Virus genome (UHGV): UHGV-0247568
Length of the DNA stretch: 64,000 nt
Source: a virus
Reading direction: 5' to 3' (one strand)
Below the pieces are notes generated by a model, which saw nothing but the letters and a program-made list of their open reading frames with translations, was not told where the DNA came from and did no database searches. The translations under genes and the position numbers were made by a program. Positions within the stretch are counted from its first letter, which is position 1, and the number at the start of each line of letters is the position of its first letter. Shown here piece by piece: positions 1-8,155 of this stretch.

Positions 1-444
1 GGTGATGAAATTGTTCAATATTGGGAAGCACAAAATGATAAAAATATTGTTCTATTTATGAAAGACAAATCAGTTCGTAACATTAAAGTAAAACAAATTA
101 AAGAAAAAGAATTTATTGGAAATGATGCATTATTTGCAGAATGTAATATTGATGAAAAAGCTTTAGTGTTATTAGTGTTTGATGAAGGACACATTGTGAA
201 AATTCCAATTGATGCATTTGTAAAAAATCGTCAAATTATGGAAAAAGGATATTTTAATGGTGAAAACTTAGTTTGCGTGAAACAATTAAATGGTGAAAAA
301 TTAATCAATGTTTTCATTGGAGATAAACAAAAACCAAAAACAATTGAAATTGAAAATATTAATATTAAAAAGAATCGTTTGGCCCGTGGTCAAAAACTAT
401 TTAATAATAAAAAATTAGAAAAAGTGAATGTCACTCTGGGTTAA
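1..444 (+). CDS. hypothetical protein, 5' end probably outside the window (frame 1 open from position 1; track ORF starts at 58)
   Basis: Frame 1 has no stop from base 1 to the TAA at 442-444. No RBS before the ATG at 58. Confidence 0.4.
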   Translation, partial: GDEIVQYWEAQNDKNIVLFMKDKSVRNIKVKQIKEKEFIGNDALFAECNIDEKALVLLVFDEGHIVKIPIDAFVKNRQIMEKGYFNGENLVCVKQLNGEKLINVFIGDKQKPKTIEIENINIKKNRLARGQKLFNNKKLEKVNVTLG

Positions 445-595
445 CCAGGGTGCTCGTTCATTTTATAGTAATATAATTAATTGAATGAATTAATTAAGCA
501 TTATGTATAATTTTTAAAATTGACAACATTATGATATAATTATTATAAGAAGATGATCAATGACCATCAAAAAGGAAGAATGGAGATAGATATTT

Positions 596-745
596 ATGGA
601 TAAAAATATCGAACCAAAAAGAGAAGTATTAGAAAATGGCGACATCAAAGTAAATGTTGGCGATAATCAAATTTTAGTTACTCATGTTTCCGATGAAATT
701 CCTGTTGATCAAATTGTGACAACTCAAACAACTAAAGAATCATAA
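596..745 (+). CDS. small hypothetical protein (49 aa), not in the ORF track
   Basis: RBS aaaaggaagaatggagat 8 nt before the ATG at 596. Open to TAA at 743-745. Preceded by extended -10 promoters (tgtataat, tgatataat). Confidence 0.3.
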   Translation: MDKNIEPKREVLENGDIKVNVGDNQILVTHVSDEIPVDQIVTTQTTKES

Positions 746-808
746 TTGTGTTAATTAGAAGAAAAATAGTGTATAATAATAATATAGCCTTTGGGCTAAC
801 AAATATAT

Positions 809-1003
809 TTGGAGAGTGATATCATGGTTCAAGTAGCAAAAGTAGCATATACTGGTGAAGAACAAGATTTACCATTAGATGTAACGGAGAAAAATTTATT
901 CGCAGGTGCTGTAACAAAATCAACAGTTAAAGAAGCTGTTGACGAAGCAGCAGCTTTGGATAAAAAAGAATTACATCCAACGACGACAACAGTTGGTAGA
1001 TAA
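809..1003 (+). CDS. hypothetical protein (64 aa)
   Basis: ORF with RBS ggagag upstream. Followed directly by an intrinsic terminator. Confidence 0.45.
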   Translation: MESDIMVQVAKVAYTGEEQDLPLDVTEKNLFAGAVTKSTVKEAVDEAAALDKKELHPTTTTVGR

Positions 1004-1010
1004 TTAAAAA

Positions 1011-1037
1011 GATAGGACTTCGGTCCTATTTTTTTTA
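1011..1037 (+). terminator. rho-independent terminator (taggacttcggtccta + T8)
   Basis: GC-rich hairpin aggac-ttcg-gtcct followed by a run of 8 T. Confidence 0.65.
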
Positions 1038-1074
1038 CACTAATATTACTAAAATTACATTGATGAAATACTGT

Positions 1075-1102
1075 TTACTTATACTGGTTAACATGATATA
1101 AT
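1075..1102 (+). promoter_or_regulatory. sigma-70-type promoter TTTACT-N16-TGaTATAAT
   Basis: -35 TTTACT at 1075-1080 and extended -10 tgatataat at 1094-1102, upstream of the TTG-start gene at 1158. Confidence 0.5.
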
Positions 1103-1157
1103 ATACCTATAATCAATTAATGATTATAAAAAAATATAGAAAAGAGAGTGAATTATT

Positions 1158-1883
1158 TTGCTAAAAGGAACTATCACGAAAGGTACAATTTTATTATTAG
1201 CTACTGTTGGTTTATCCGGATTCGCATACCAATCGAACCAGGAGAATATTAAAGAACAACAGGAGAAGCAGCAAAAACTTGAAAAGGAATTTTTCGAATA
1301 TCAGGCAAAACAAGATAAGAAAATGATCATTCGCAATCAAAAGCAAAAAGCTCAATTAGCGAAAATGTCTGTTGATTTTAAAAAGAAAATTGCTGAAGAA
1401 AAGAAAAAAATCGCAGAGCAAAAACAAGCTGAATATGAAGCAACTTTAGCTAGACAAGCTGAGGAAAAACGCAAACAAGAAGAAGAATTTGCGGCTTGGC
1501 AAGCGGAAATTGCACAACAAGAACAAATTAAAAAAGAACAAGAAGCTGCCGCTTTAGCTGCTCAAACAGCTCAACAAAAGCAACAAGCGCAAGCACAAGC
1601 ACAAGCTCAACAAAATGTTCAACAAGCACCAGTTCAACAGCAGCAAGCTGAAGCTCCTGTGCAATCTAGCGATGCAAAAAGTCAAATTGCTATGCGTGAA
1701 AGCACAAATAACTATAGTGCGACAAATGGAAAATATATTGGCAAATATCAATTAGATGCAGCATATTTAAATGGAGATCATTCTCCAGCTAACCAGGAAG
1801 CCACAGCGGATCGCTATGTTGCAGAACGGTACGGATCATGGGAAGCTGCTCTAGCCTTCCACAATGCAAACGGATGGTACTAA
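1158..1883 (+). CDS. secreted Q/A/E-rich coiled-coil protein with a C-terminal APF-like / lytic-transglycosylase-like domain (TTG start)
   Basis: N-terminal hydrophobic signal/anchor (KGTILLLATVGLSGFAYQ). Long QAEK-rich low-complexity region. C-terminus RESTNNYSATNGKYIGKYQLD...RYGSWEAALAFHNANGWY recalls the conserved C-terminal domain of Lactobacillus aggregation-promoting factors and SLT-like ES..GxxG motifs. RBS agagagtg upstream. Confidence 0.5.
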   Translation: MLKGTITKGTILLLATVGLSGFAYQSNQENIKEQQEKQQKLEKEFFEYQAKQDKKMIIRNQKQKAQLAKMSVDFKKKIAEEKKKIAEQKQAEYEATLARQAEEKRKQEEEFAAWQAEIAQQEQIKKEQEAAALAAQTAQQKQQAQAQAQAQQNVQQAPVQQQQAEAPVQSSDAKSQIAMRESTNNYSATNGKYIGKYQLDAAYLNGDHSPANQEATADRYVAERYGSWEAALAFHNANGWY

Positions 1884-1940
1884 TCTAAAAATAAAAATCA
1901 AATTTTATTCAAAATAATTGCATTTTGTAAGCATAAAATG

Positions 1941-1969
1941 TTTACAAAATGCTTTTTCTAATGTATAAT
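1941..1969 (+). promoter_or_regulatory. class-A early promoter TTTACA-N17-TGTATAAT with conserved leader
   Basis: TTTACA 1941-1946, TATAAT 1964-1969 with TG at -15/-14. The -35 lies in the 3' arm of a perfect 11-bp hairpin gcattttgtaa/ttacaaaatgc (1919-1951). Confidence 0.7.
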
Positions 1970-2008
1970 AAATATATAATAAATAAACAAAAGAAAGAAG
2001 TGGATAAC

Positions 2009-2212
2009 ATGATCAAAACTACTAATAAACAATTTATGGAAAACTTAGAAACAAGTGTTGCTGAAGGAAATAATGTAAAAGTGCACTATGAAAACAAATA
2101 CAAAAATGCTGCAATGATTATCAATAGTGAGGTAAAAGAAGTTACAGATAATATTGAACTAGGTCAAATCAGACAATTCGAACAAGTTATTGATTTAGTA
2201 ATTGCTTACTAA
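2009..2212 (+). CDS. hypothetical protein (67 aa; the track start at 1949 lies inside the promoter, so the ATG at 2009 is preferred)
   Basis: ATG at 2009 preceded by aagaaagaagtgg RBS and downstream of the promoter +1. The 1949 start would begin inside the -10. Confidence 0.45.
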   Translation: MIKTTNKQFMENLETSVAEGNNVKVHYENKYKNAAMIINSEVKEVTDNIELGQIRQFEQVIDLVIAY

Positions 2213-2244
2213 AATAAAAAATTGTATTTTGTGAGCAAAAACTG

Positions 2245-2273
2245 TTTACAAAATACAATTTCTAATGTATAAT
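2245..2273 (+). promoter_or_regulatory. class-A early promoter TTTACA-N17-TGTATAAT
   Basis: TTTACA 2245-2250, TATAAT 2268-2273. The -35 is embedded in the 12-bp hairpin attgtattttgt/acaaaatacaat. Confidence 0.7.
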
Positions 2274-2318
2274 AAATATATAATAAATAAACAAATAAAA
2301 GAAAAGAGGAATTAAACA

Positions 2319-2507
2319 ATGACAACTAAAGAAAAATACGAAAACAAATTACAAAAATTAAACGAAAGATTTGATAAATTAAAAGCTGAAATGATTGAAG
2401 CATACGACAAAGGAGATAACGAAAAAGGACATAGACTAAACGATAGACTAGAAAACATGCTAGATGTGATTTTACTAACTGAAATGGTCTTAGATACATT
2501 TAAATAA
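2319..2507 (+). CDS. hypothetical protein (62 aa)
   Basis: RBS gaaaagaggaa, then ATG. Coiled-coil-like sequence. Confidence 0.45.
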   Translation: MTTKEKYENKLQKLNERFDKLKAEMIEAYDKGDNEKGHRLNDRLENMLDVILLTEMVLDTFK

Positions 2508-2580
2508 AATCAGAAAAGGGGTTGACAAGTTCAGCCCCAACTGATATGCTTAATTCATAAGTTAAGAGGAGGAAACAAAC

Positions 2581-2763
2581 ATGATAAACTTTGAAATCAC
2601 AGAAGATGATAACTACACACTAGACGAATTACTAGATAGTAAAGAATTTAAAAAACAAGTGAATAGTCTTAATCACGTCCCACAAATGCGGCCACAAAGT
2701 CACAATAGCAATACTTTAGCAGATACAGGACGCTATCCAGATTATAGTAAGTATGTAAGATAA
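2581..2763 (+). CDS. hypothetical protein (60 aa)
   Basis: Strong RBS aagaggagg 8 nt upstream. Preceded by TTGACA-N17-TATGCT inside a hairpin at 2515-2545. Confidence 0.4.
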   Translation: MINFEITEDDNYTLDELLDSKEFKKQVNSLNHVPQMRPQSHNSNTLADTGRYPDYSKYVR

Positions 2764-2788
2764 CAACAAACAAATTGGAGGAAGAATA

Positions 2789-2965
2789 GATGAAACTAAC
2801 AGAAGATTCAGAACAACATATTATCAATACAATAACAAGACTTAGACAAGCAAACCACGAACTAAATAAAGTGCAACATAAAGATAGTGATGTAATGGCA
2901 ATACAATTTGAAATAGCTAAAATAATGAACAAAATACGTGAAACATACTTGGAGGAAAATAAATG
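2789..2965 (+). CDS. small hypothetical protein (58 aa), not in the track
   Basis: RBS ttggaggaagaatag then ATG. The stop overlaps the next start as ATGA. Confidence 0.35.
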
Positions 2966-3355
2966 AAATACACAGAAAATGACTTAAAAGATGGTACAAA
3001 ATTACGTTGCACTGATACAGGCATCTATGATTGGTGGACAGAAGGACGTATTTATACAGTAGCAAATAAATGTATTCTTGATAATTACGGTGACAGTGCA
3101 GAAAGTGACTATATTTTAAACTGTCTTAATGGTCAAAATATAGTAAAATTTGAAATTTTTGAATACCCAACCGCAACAATCACAGTGGATGCTGAGCAAC
3201 GGCTAAATGATAAAATTGAAGCACTAGCGACTGAACGTGAAAATATTCTTGCTAAAATGGCTAGAATGGAAAAACAACAACTTAAATTGCGTAATAAAGT
3301 CCAGAAGTTACACAAAGCTAAAAAAGCACTAAAAACTTTGAGAGAATTTATGTAA
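2963..3355 (+). CDS. hypothetical protein with C-terminal coiled coil (130 aa)
   Basis: ORF whose start overlaps the upstream stop (translational coupling). Heptad-like K/E-rich C-terminus. Confidence 0.5.
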   Translation: MKYTENDLKDGTKLRCTDTGIYDWWTEGRIYTVANKCILDNYGDSAESDYILNCLNGQNIVKFEIFEYPTATITVDAEQRLNDKIEALATERENILAKMARMEKQQLKLRNKVQKLHKAKKALKTLREFM

Positions 3356-3384
3356 AACTTAATATAATTTAGGAGGAAATTAAA

Positions 3385-3591
3385 ATGACACTAGAACAAT
3401 TATTAGAATTAATGGAATATGGTAAAAGAGTAACTATTACAATTAATGGGGTATCTACAGCGTGGATGCATAACGAACGTTCTAAAATGATCACGAATTA
3501 TAAAGAAAATAAAGGGCGCAAAATTATTTCTTTCACACCTTCAGAAAATAGTATTAATATTGTTTTAGAAGGAGATAAAAATGAAAATTAA
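3385..3591 (+). CDS. hypothetical protein (68 aa)
   Basis: RBS taggaggaaattaaa then ATG. Confidence 0.45.
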   Translation: MTLEQLLELMEYGKRVTITINGVSTAWMHNERSKMITNYKENKGRKIISFTPSENSINIVLEGDKNEN

Positions 3592-3985
3592 TAAATATTA
3601 CTTACGTAGCGATAATCCAGCTGAATATATTGATGAATTACGCTCATTAAATAAGACAATGAAAGATGTGCAATTTGAAGATAACTTCAACTACCGCAAT
3701 CCTTATGTTTTAATTGAAGTTAAAGAAGACAAAAAGAAAAAGAAAAATAATAAAAAGTTTAAATATTTTATTATTCTTCCTGGTCTTCCCAATTCTAAAA
3801 AATATTTAATTAAAGATAAATCTTCAGGTAATATTGAATTCGGCTCTAAAAATGGTATTATGGAAAATTTAAATAAAGGGCAAATTCTTTTCACAATTGA
3901 TGAAATTAATTCAATCGATCCATTATATTTAAACTTTAGAAAAATTGCATTTAACATTAAAGGAGAAGAAATTGACTATGACTAA
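3581..3985 (+). CDS. hypothetical protein (134 aa)
   Basis: ORF overlapping the upstream stop. Lys-rich internal segment. Confidence 0.5.
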   Translation: MKINKYYLRSDNPAEYIDELRSLNKTMKDVQFEDNFNYRNPYVLIEVKEDKKKKKNNKKFKYFIILPGLPNSKKYLIKDKSSGNIEFGSKNGIMENLNKGQILFTIDEINSIDPLYLNFRKIAFNIKGEEIDYD

Positions 3986-4184
3986 AAAAGATAAGTTAGA
4001 AAACACTATAATGATGTGTATTGATTTAGACACAGGCCAATATTTTAAAAGAGAAAATACAGAAATTAAAACAGGCGTCGTTGAAGATCTTATTATTGAT
4101 TTAGAAAAAATGACTAGTCAGATGATTAATTTATGTAGACAATTATATGAAGAAAAGGAGCTAAAAAATGAAGGATTGGATTAA
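3945..4184 (+). CDS. hypothetical protein (alternative start ATG 3978 after RBS aaaggagaag)
   Basis: ORF in a coupled arrangement. The internal ATG at 3978 has the better RBS. Confidence 0.4.
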   Translation: MHLTLKEKKLTMTKKDKLENTIMMCIDLDTGQYFKRENTEIKTGVVEDLIIDLEKMTSQMINLCRQLYEEKELKNEGLD

Positions 4185-4404
4185 AGCTATATTTTTAGGA
4201 GTATTTCAAGTTATGTTATTTATAATTGTGCCAACAATATTCCTAGGATTAATGGCAGGTTTTATGTATTTATTCATTATTTATGCCCTTATTCCAATTA
4301 AAGAATATATGCCCACAATTCTATTATCCATTTTATCAATATCGGTCTTTATTATAGTTTTATTATCTATAGTCGATGCACACGATAGAATGAAAAATAA
4401 TTAA
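4168..4404 (+). CDS. small membrane protein (2 predicted TM helices, 78 aa)
   Basis: Two long hydrophobic stretches (IFLGVFQVMLFIIVPTIFLGLMAGFMYLFIIYALI and ILLSILSISVFIIVLLSIV). Confidence 0.45.
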   Translation: MKDWIKAIFLGVFQVMLFIIVPTIFLGLMAGFMYLFIIYALIPIKEYMPTILLSILSISVFIIVLLSIVDAHDRMKNN

Positions 4405-4418
4405 AAAAAAATAAACCA

Positions 4419-4456
4419 AAACGAGCATTTTGTTGTTTACAGATGCTCGTTTTTAA
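4419..4456 (+). terminator. intrinsic terminator aaacgagcat...atgctcgttt + T-run, whose loop contains the next promoter's -35
   Basis: 10-bp stem with a T-run after it. TTTACA 4436-4441 lies in the loop/3' arm. Confidence 0.55.
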
Positions 4457-4464
4457 TGTATAAT
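4436..4464 (+). promoter_or_regulatory. promoter TTTACA-N17-TGTATAAT overlapping the terminator hairpin
   Basis: TTTACA 4436-4441, TATAAT 4459-4464, TG present. Confidence 0.5.
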
Positions 4465-4532
4465 ATACCTATAGTTAATTAATAAATATTCTTCCACAAA
4501 GAAAAAACTTTTAAAAATAATTTAAAAAACTG

Positions 4533-4561
4533 TTTACAAAATACGAAAACTAATGTATAAT
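4533..4561 (+). promoter_or_regulatory. class-A early promoter with conserved leader (aaatatataataaataaacaaa...gaaaagaggaa)
   Basis: TTTACA 4533-4538, TATAAT 4556-4561. The leader is near-identical to those at 1970 and 2274. Confidence 0.7.
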
Positions 4562-4605
4562 AAATATATAATAAATAAACAAATTAAAGAAAAGAGGAAT
4601 TTACA

Positions 4606-4797
4606 ATGACAATCAATCAATTTTTACAAATCACAGAACGCGGAATTAAAGTAGTTATCAATTTTGAAAACGGTGAAACTGCTTCATTTAATTATTTTAG
4701 TTCATTTGAAAAAAATGATGTATACCAAGCAAACAAAGATAAAGAAATTACATTAGTTCAACCAGCTGCAGGAGCAATCTTTCTAACAGTTAAATAG
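4606..4797 (+). CDS. hypothetical protein (63 aa)
   Basis: ORF directly behind the class-A promoter/leader. RBS aaagaaaagaggaa. Confidence 0.45.
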   Translation: MTINQFLQITERGIKVVINFENGETASFNYFSSFEKNDVYQANKDKEITLVQPAAGAIFLTVK

Positions 4798-4831
4798 TTA
4801 AAAAAAAATAAAACGAAAAGAGGAAATTAAA

Positions 4832-5044
4832 ATGACAAAAACATTCACACTAAACACTTACACTAATATTATTGAAACAGATATGGAATCAATCAACCGT
4901 TTCTTTAACGGAGAAGATAAAAATGATACTAAGAAATATAAATTTAAAACTATGGAAGAAGCAGAAAAATTTCAAAATGAATTAAAAGAGCAAGGTATCA
5001 AAACCTGTATGACACAAAGCATTGATTGGGATCAATTCAAATAA
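4832..5044 (+). CDS. hypothetical protein (70 aa)
   Basis: RBS aaaagaggaaattaaa then ATG. Confidence 0.45.
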   Translation: MTKTFTLNTYTNIIETDMESINRFFNGEDKNDTKKYKFKTMEEAEKFQNELKEQGIKTCMTQSIDWDQFK

Positions 5045-5049
5045 AGTAG

Positions 5050-5078
5050 TTTACAAATCAGTATGGATATGATATAAT
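5050..5078 (+). promoter_or_regulatory. promoter TTTACA-N17-TATAAT whose -10 is bracketed by a perfect 13-bp inverted repeat (candidate operator)
   Basis: TTTACA 5050-5055, TATAAT 5073-5078. The inverted repeat tcagtatggatat (5058-5070) / atatccatactga (5079-5091) flanks gatataat. Confidence 0.55.
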
Positions 5079-5119
5079 ATATCCATACTGATAAATAAAT
5101 AAAAAGAGATGAGGAATTT

Positions 5120-5284
5120 ATGATGACAAAATTAATTTTAACTTTAGGAATTTTAGCTGGATGGTTTTTAGTAGTAACAAATATTACATTTGATATTCGA
5201 GTAATTGAAATATTCTTCGTTGGAATTTTAACAATATTTAGTGGAATTTTAGAAGCTGGCGTTTTAGTTGGAGGTAAAGAATAA
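5120..5284 (+). CDS. small membrane protein (54 aa, 2 TM), not in the track
   Basis: RBS agagatgaggaattt then ATGATG. Hydrophobic sequence. TAATG overlap with the next gene. Confidence 0.35.
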   Translation: MMTKLILTLGILAGWFLVVTNITFDIRVIEIFFVGILTIFSGILEAGVLVGGKE

Positions 5285-5841
5285 TGGAAAAAATTACATT
5301 TGAAAATTTTAACCCTCAACTAGATCGAATTGGAGATTGTGTATTACGGGCGATTACAGCATTTGAATACTATGAAATGTATAATCTGGGAGCTTGCGAT
5401 TTATCAACATACGATACTTATAATAGAATTAAAGACGAAATTGAAAGCCATGGCCCTTATGATCGGCAAATAAACTTTGAAAAATATTTAAGCAACCATG
5501 GGTACGTACGAATTAATGCATATAAATGGATTGATAATATTAGAGTAAGATCAGCAAATCAATTAGCTATTTTTTGTAAAAACTTTAATATTTCTGCTCT
5601 AGCTTTATCAAATACTCATATGGCTTATGTCGACCCAAAAAAGGGCGTTGTTGATACTTGGGACAGTAGAAGAAAACATTTAGAAGTATTTTATATTAAA
5701 GAAGAAGATGTTCATAAATTAGATTTAAAAATGAAAGAAGAAATTGATCGTCTTACAAATATTAAATATGTAGATACAAAAGAAAATGTGATTAAAACGA
5801 ATAAGGTAAATGATAAATCATATAAACAAATTAGAAAATAA
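5284..5841 (+). CDS. hypothetical protein (185 aa)
   Basis: ORF start-coupled to the upstream small ORF. Followed by a bidirectional terminator. Confidence 0.5.
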   Translation: MEKITFENFNPQLDRIGDCVLRAITAFEYYEMYNLGACDLSTYDTYNRIKDEIESHGPYDRQINFEKYLSNHGYVRINAYKWIDNIRVRSANQLAIFCKNFNISALALSNTHMAYVDPKKGVVDTWDSRRKHLEVFYIKEEDVHKLDLKMKEEIDRLTNIKYVDTKENVIKTNKVNDKSYKQIRK

Positions 5842-5849
5842 AAAAAAAA

Positions 5850-5883
5850 AAGGAAGGATAATCAATTAAGATTATCCTTCCTT
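5850..5883. terminator. bidirectional intrinsic terminator between convergent genes (A-run / aaggaaggataatc-aattaa-gattatccttcctt / T-run)
   Basis: 14-bp perfect stem flanked by A10 on one side and TTTTG on the other. It sits between the end of the plus-strand gene (5841) and the end of the minus-strand integrase (5887). Confidence 0.65.
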
Positions 5884-5886
5884 TTG

Positions 5887-6864
5887 TCAGATACCAAATG
5901 CTTCAAATAGAATTTCTTCACTTCTATCCATTAAATAAGATTCAGTTGTTGAAACATCCTCATGGTGAGCAATTAGTTTCAATACTTTCAAATCAAGCTG
6001 ATCTTTTCCTAATTCTTTTAGTACGTGATGTGTACCATTAGAATAATTATCTAAAGATGAGTGGCGGAAACAATGTGGGTTAATATCAACAACTTCTCCA
6101 GTTTTTAATTCCAACACTTTTCTAAAGTATAAACAAAAATTATATAATGATTCATATGATCTTGCTCTGATATTTTCGCCTTTTCCAGCTACCCATAAAG
6201 AGTCAATATTATCATTTCCGCGTTGATCAAACCATAATTTAGCTATTTCTCTTGTGCGATCAAAATATAAAAGTTGGAATTTTTTACCACGTTTACCAAT
6301 AACTTCATTAGTCATTTTTGATTCTAAGAAGTTTTGTTTTTTAACTTGTAAAATTTCATTACGGCGAGCAGCACTATCATATGATAAAGATAAATATAAA
6401 GCCATTTCATATTTTTCTTCTTCTAATAAATGTTCTAAAATAATATCAATTTGCTCATCAGTTAGGAAAACAATATCTCTAACTTTTTCACCTTGAATTC
6501 CTTTAATTGCCCGCATAACATTTTTATCATAATCGTATTCGTCTTCATCATCTTCAGCAAAAGCTAATAAATTTCGAATTGAACTTTGAAAACGATTAAT
6601 TCTAGCTGCACTTGTACCCATTTCTTGCATTGATAAGAAAAATGTTCGAAACATGCGTTTCTTAAGGTCTAATATCGATTTATTTCCAGCATTTTGAGCT
6701 ATCCAACAGAAAAAGCCTTTAATGTCAGCAGTATATTGGTAAATAGTTTTTTCAGCTCGACCTTTACTTTTAAGTTCTAAAATATAATCTTCTAATAACA
6801 TTTTGTTTTCCGCATTAACTTCTTCCCATATTTTTTCATCAAATAAATTATTGCGTTTTGCCAT
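5887..6864 (-). CDS. int: tyrosine recombinase / phage integrase family protein (XerC/D-like size, 325 aa)
   Basis: C-terminal catalytic signature HCFRHS (HxxR) and HHEDVSTTESYL (catalytic Tyr). N-terminal SAM-like core-binding region. Confidence 0.7.
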   Translation of the reverse strand: MAKRNNLFDEKIWEEVNAENKMLLEDYILELKSKGRAEKTIYQYTADIKGFFCWIAQNAGNKSILDLKKRMFRTFFLSMQEMGTSAARINRFQSSIRNLLAFAEDDEDEYDYDKNVMRAIKGIQGEKVRDIVFLTDEQIDIILEHLLEEEKYEMALYLSLSYDSAARRNEILQVKKQNFLESKMTNEVIGKRGKKFQLLYFDRTREIAKLWFDQRGNDNIDSLWVAGKGENIRARSYESLYNFCLYFRKVLELKTGEVVDINPHCFRHSSLDNYSNGTHHVLKELGKDQLDLKVLKLIAHHEDVSTTESYLMDRSEEILFEAFGI

Positions 6865-6932
6865 ATCAATTTCTCCATTCTTTATTAAATATATGTAAAA
6901 AGGAGAGCGTTAACTCTCCTTAGTTTTTACAA

Positions 6933-8075
6933 TTAAAATCCCCATCCCCAGGTATTAGCTGGATTATTATCGTTAGGGCCAATTGCTACATAGCTACGTC
7001 CACCACCATAGTTAATATATGTTAACCATACATAACCATTAGCAACAACATAACCATCATATGTGAATGACATTCCTGCATTGTAGTAGTCTAATGCTGG
7101 GCTGTTTGGATCAACATCACCAGAAACTGGCAATTGGATAGATGTTGTGAAAGTTCCGTAAGCAGGATAAATAGTTGCAGTATTTTTGATTGGTGCTGCT
7201 GGTTTATTTGGATTCCAAATTTCAGCGATGTCGCCATCATTTGCATATCCTAATAATTTACCACTGTTACGAATTTCATATAAGTTTTTACGTCCATCTA
7301 ATTTCTTAGTGATTGTTCCAACTTGTGTCCATAATGTATCCGCATTGATGTGTTGACCAATCGGTGCGTCTGGGTTTTTGTAGATTGTTGTGAAACGAAC
7401 ATTATCTCCGACTTTATATCTAGGTTTATTCGGTTTAGCAGGTTGATCAGGTTTGTTTGGTACATTAGCTGTAGAATCACTAGAAACTCCATTTGCCAAA
7501 TCTTGTGCTAATTGTGCTTTACTAATACCCATTTCGGCTAAATATCCATAAGGATCTTGGTGATCGCCCCAAATATTATCAGACACCCATTTATGTGTTT
7601 TAATACCATTTCCAGGTTGGTCCAACGTTAATGGAATACCAAAATAATTAGCAGCATCGCGAGCTAAAGAGATATATGCTTTATAATTCTTTTTAAATAA
7701 AGCAGGATCATGGGTGTGTTGTAATTCAATTTGAACTGGTGCATATGGGTTAGCATTACCCGCTCCCCAACTTACGATTCCCCATTGACCAACGCGATAA
7801 TCAATTCCACCATCACCGATAATGTCTGTTGTATATGCGTTAAACCAATTTCTTTTCATGTAGGTCGCTTCATTTCGGCCAGTTGCTGTCTCATTTGCTG
7901 TTTCGTGTAAAATGATATAGTTTGGTGAAGCTGCATATCCGGCGCCCTCACCTGGAGCTAAATTAAATTCATTGTTAACGGTATAATCTGCAGCTTCAGC
8001 TTTATCTACTGCTCCAAAACCTAATCCAATCATTAAAGTTCCAGCAATTGCCATAAATAATTTACTTGCTTTCAT
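6933..8075 (-). CDS. endolysin: N-acetylmuramoyl-L-alanine amidase (Amidase_2/PGRP-like) with an N-terminal Sec signal peptide and a C-terminal SH3b-like wall-binding domain
   Basis: MKASKLFMAIAGTLMIGLGFGAVDKAEA|AD has the n-h-c regions of a signal peptide. Amidase_2-like block (ILHETA...GYH..., Zn-binding His/Asp). SH3b-like GW/YG-rich C-terminus. Terminator hairpin aaggagag-ttaacg-ctctcctt after the stop (6893-6925). Confidence 0.75.
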   Translation of the reverse strand: MKASKLFMAIAGTLMIGLGFGAVDKAEAADYTVNNEFNLAPGEGAGYAASPNYIILHETANETATGRNEATYMKRNWFNAYTTDIIGDGGIDYRVGQWGIVSWGAGNANPYAPVQIELQHTHDPALFKKNYKAYISLARDAANYFGIPLTLDQPGNGIKTHKWVSDNIWGDHQDPYGYLAEMGISKAQLAQDLANGVSSDSTANVPNKPDQPAKPNKPRYKVGDNVRFTTIYKNPDAPIGQHINADTLWTQVGTITKKLDGRKNLYEIRNSGKLLGYANDGDIAEIWNPNKPAAPIKNTATIYPAYGTFTTSIQLPVSGDVDPNSPALDYYNAGMSFTYDGYVVANGYVWLTYINYGGGRSYVAIGPNDNNPANTWGWGF

Positions 8076-8155
8076 TTCATTACCTCTTTCGAATAATATT
8101 TATTTATAATAACATTTATCCCAAATGTTCTTGGCCAAACACTTGGGAAAAATGA

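Noticed and set aside
1554-1751. Minus-strand 65-aa ORF inside the APF-like gene
   Set aside because: Antisense to the Q/A-rich repeat region (gives Leu/Cys-rich nonsense). No RBS.
2669-3065. Minus-strand ORFs 2669..2932 and 2862..3065, and other small minus-strand ORFs in the early regions (3133..3315, 3703..3957, 5032..5319, 6254..6496+, 35453..36006, 39405..39698, 42053..42571, 58007..58282, 59680..60169, 60198..60383, 62058..62474)
   Set aside because: Antisense to well-supported plus-strand genes in an AT-rich genome. Hydrophobic or low-complexity translations, no RBS, and against the uniform transcription direction of the block.
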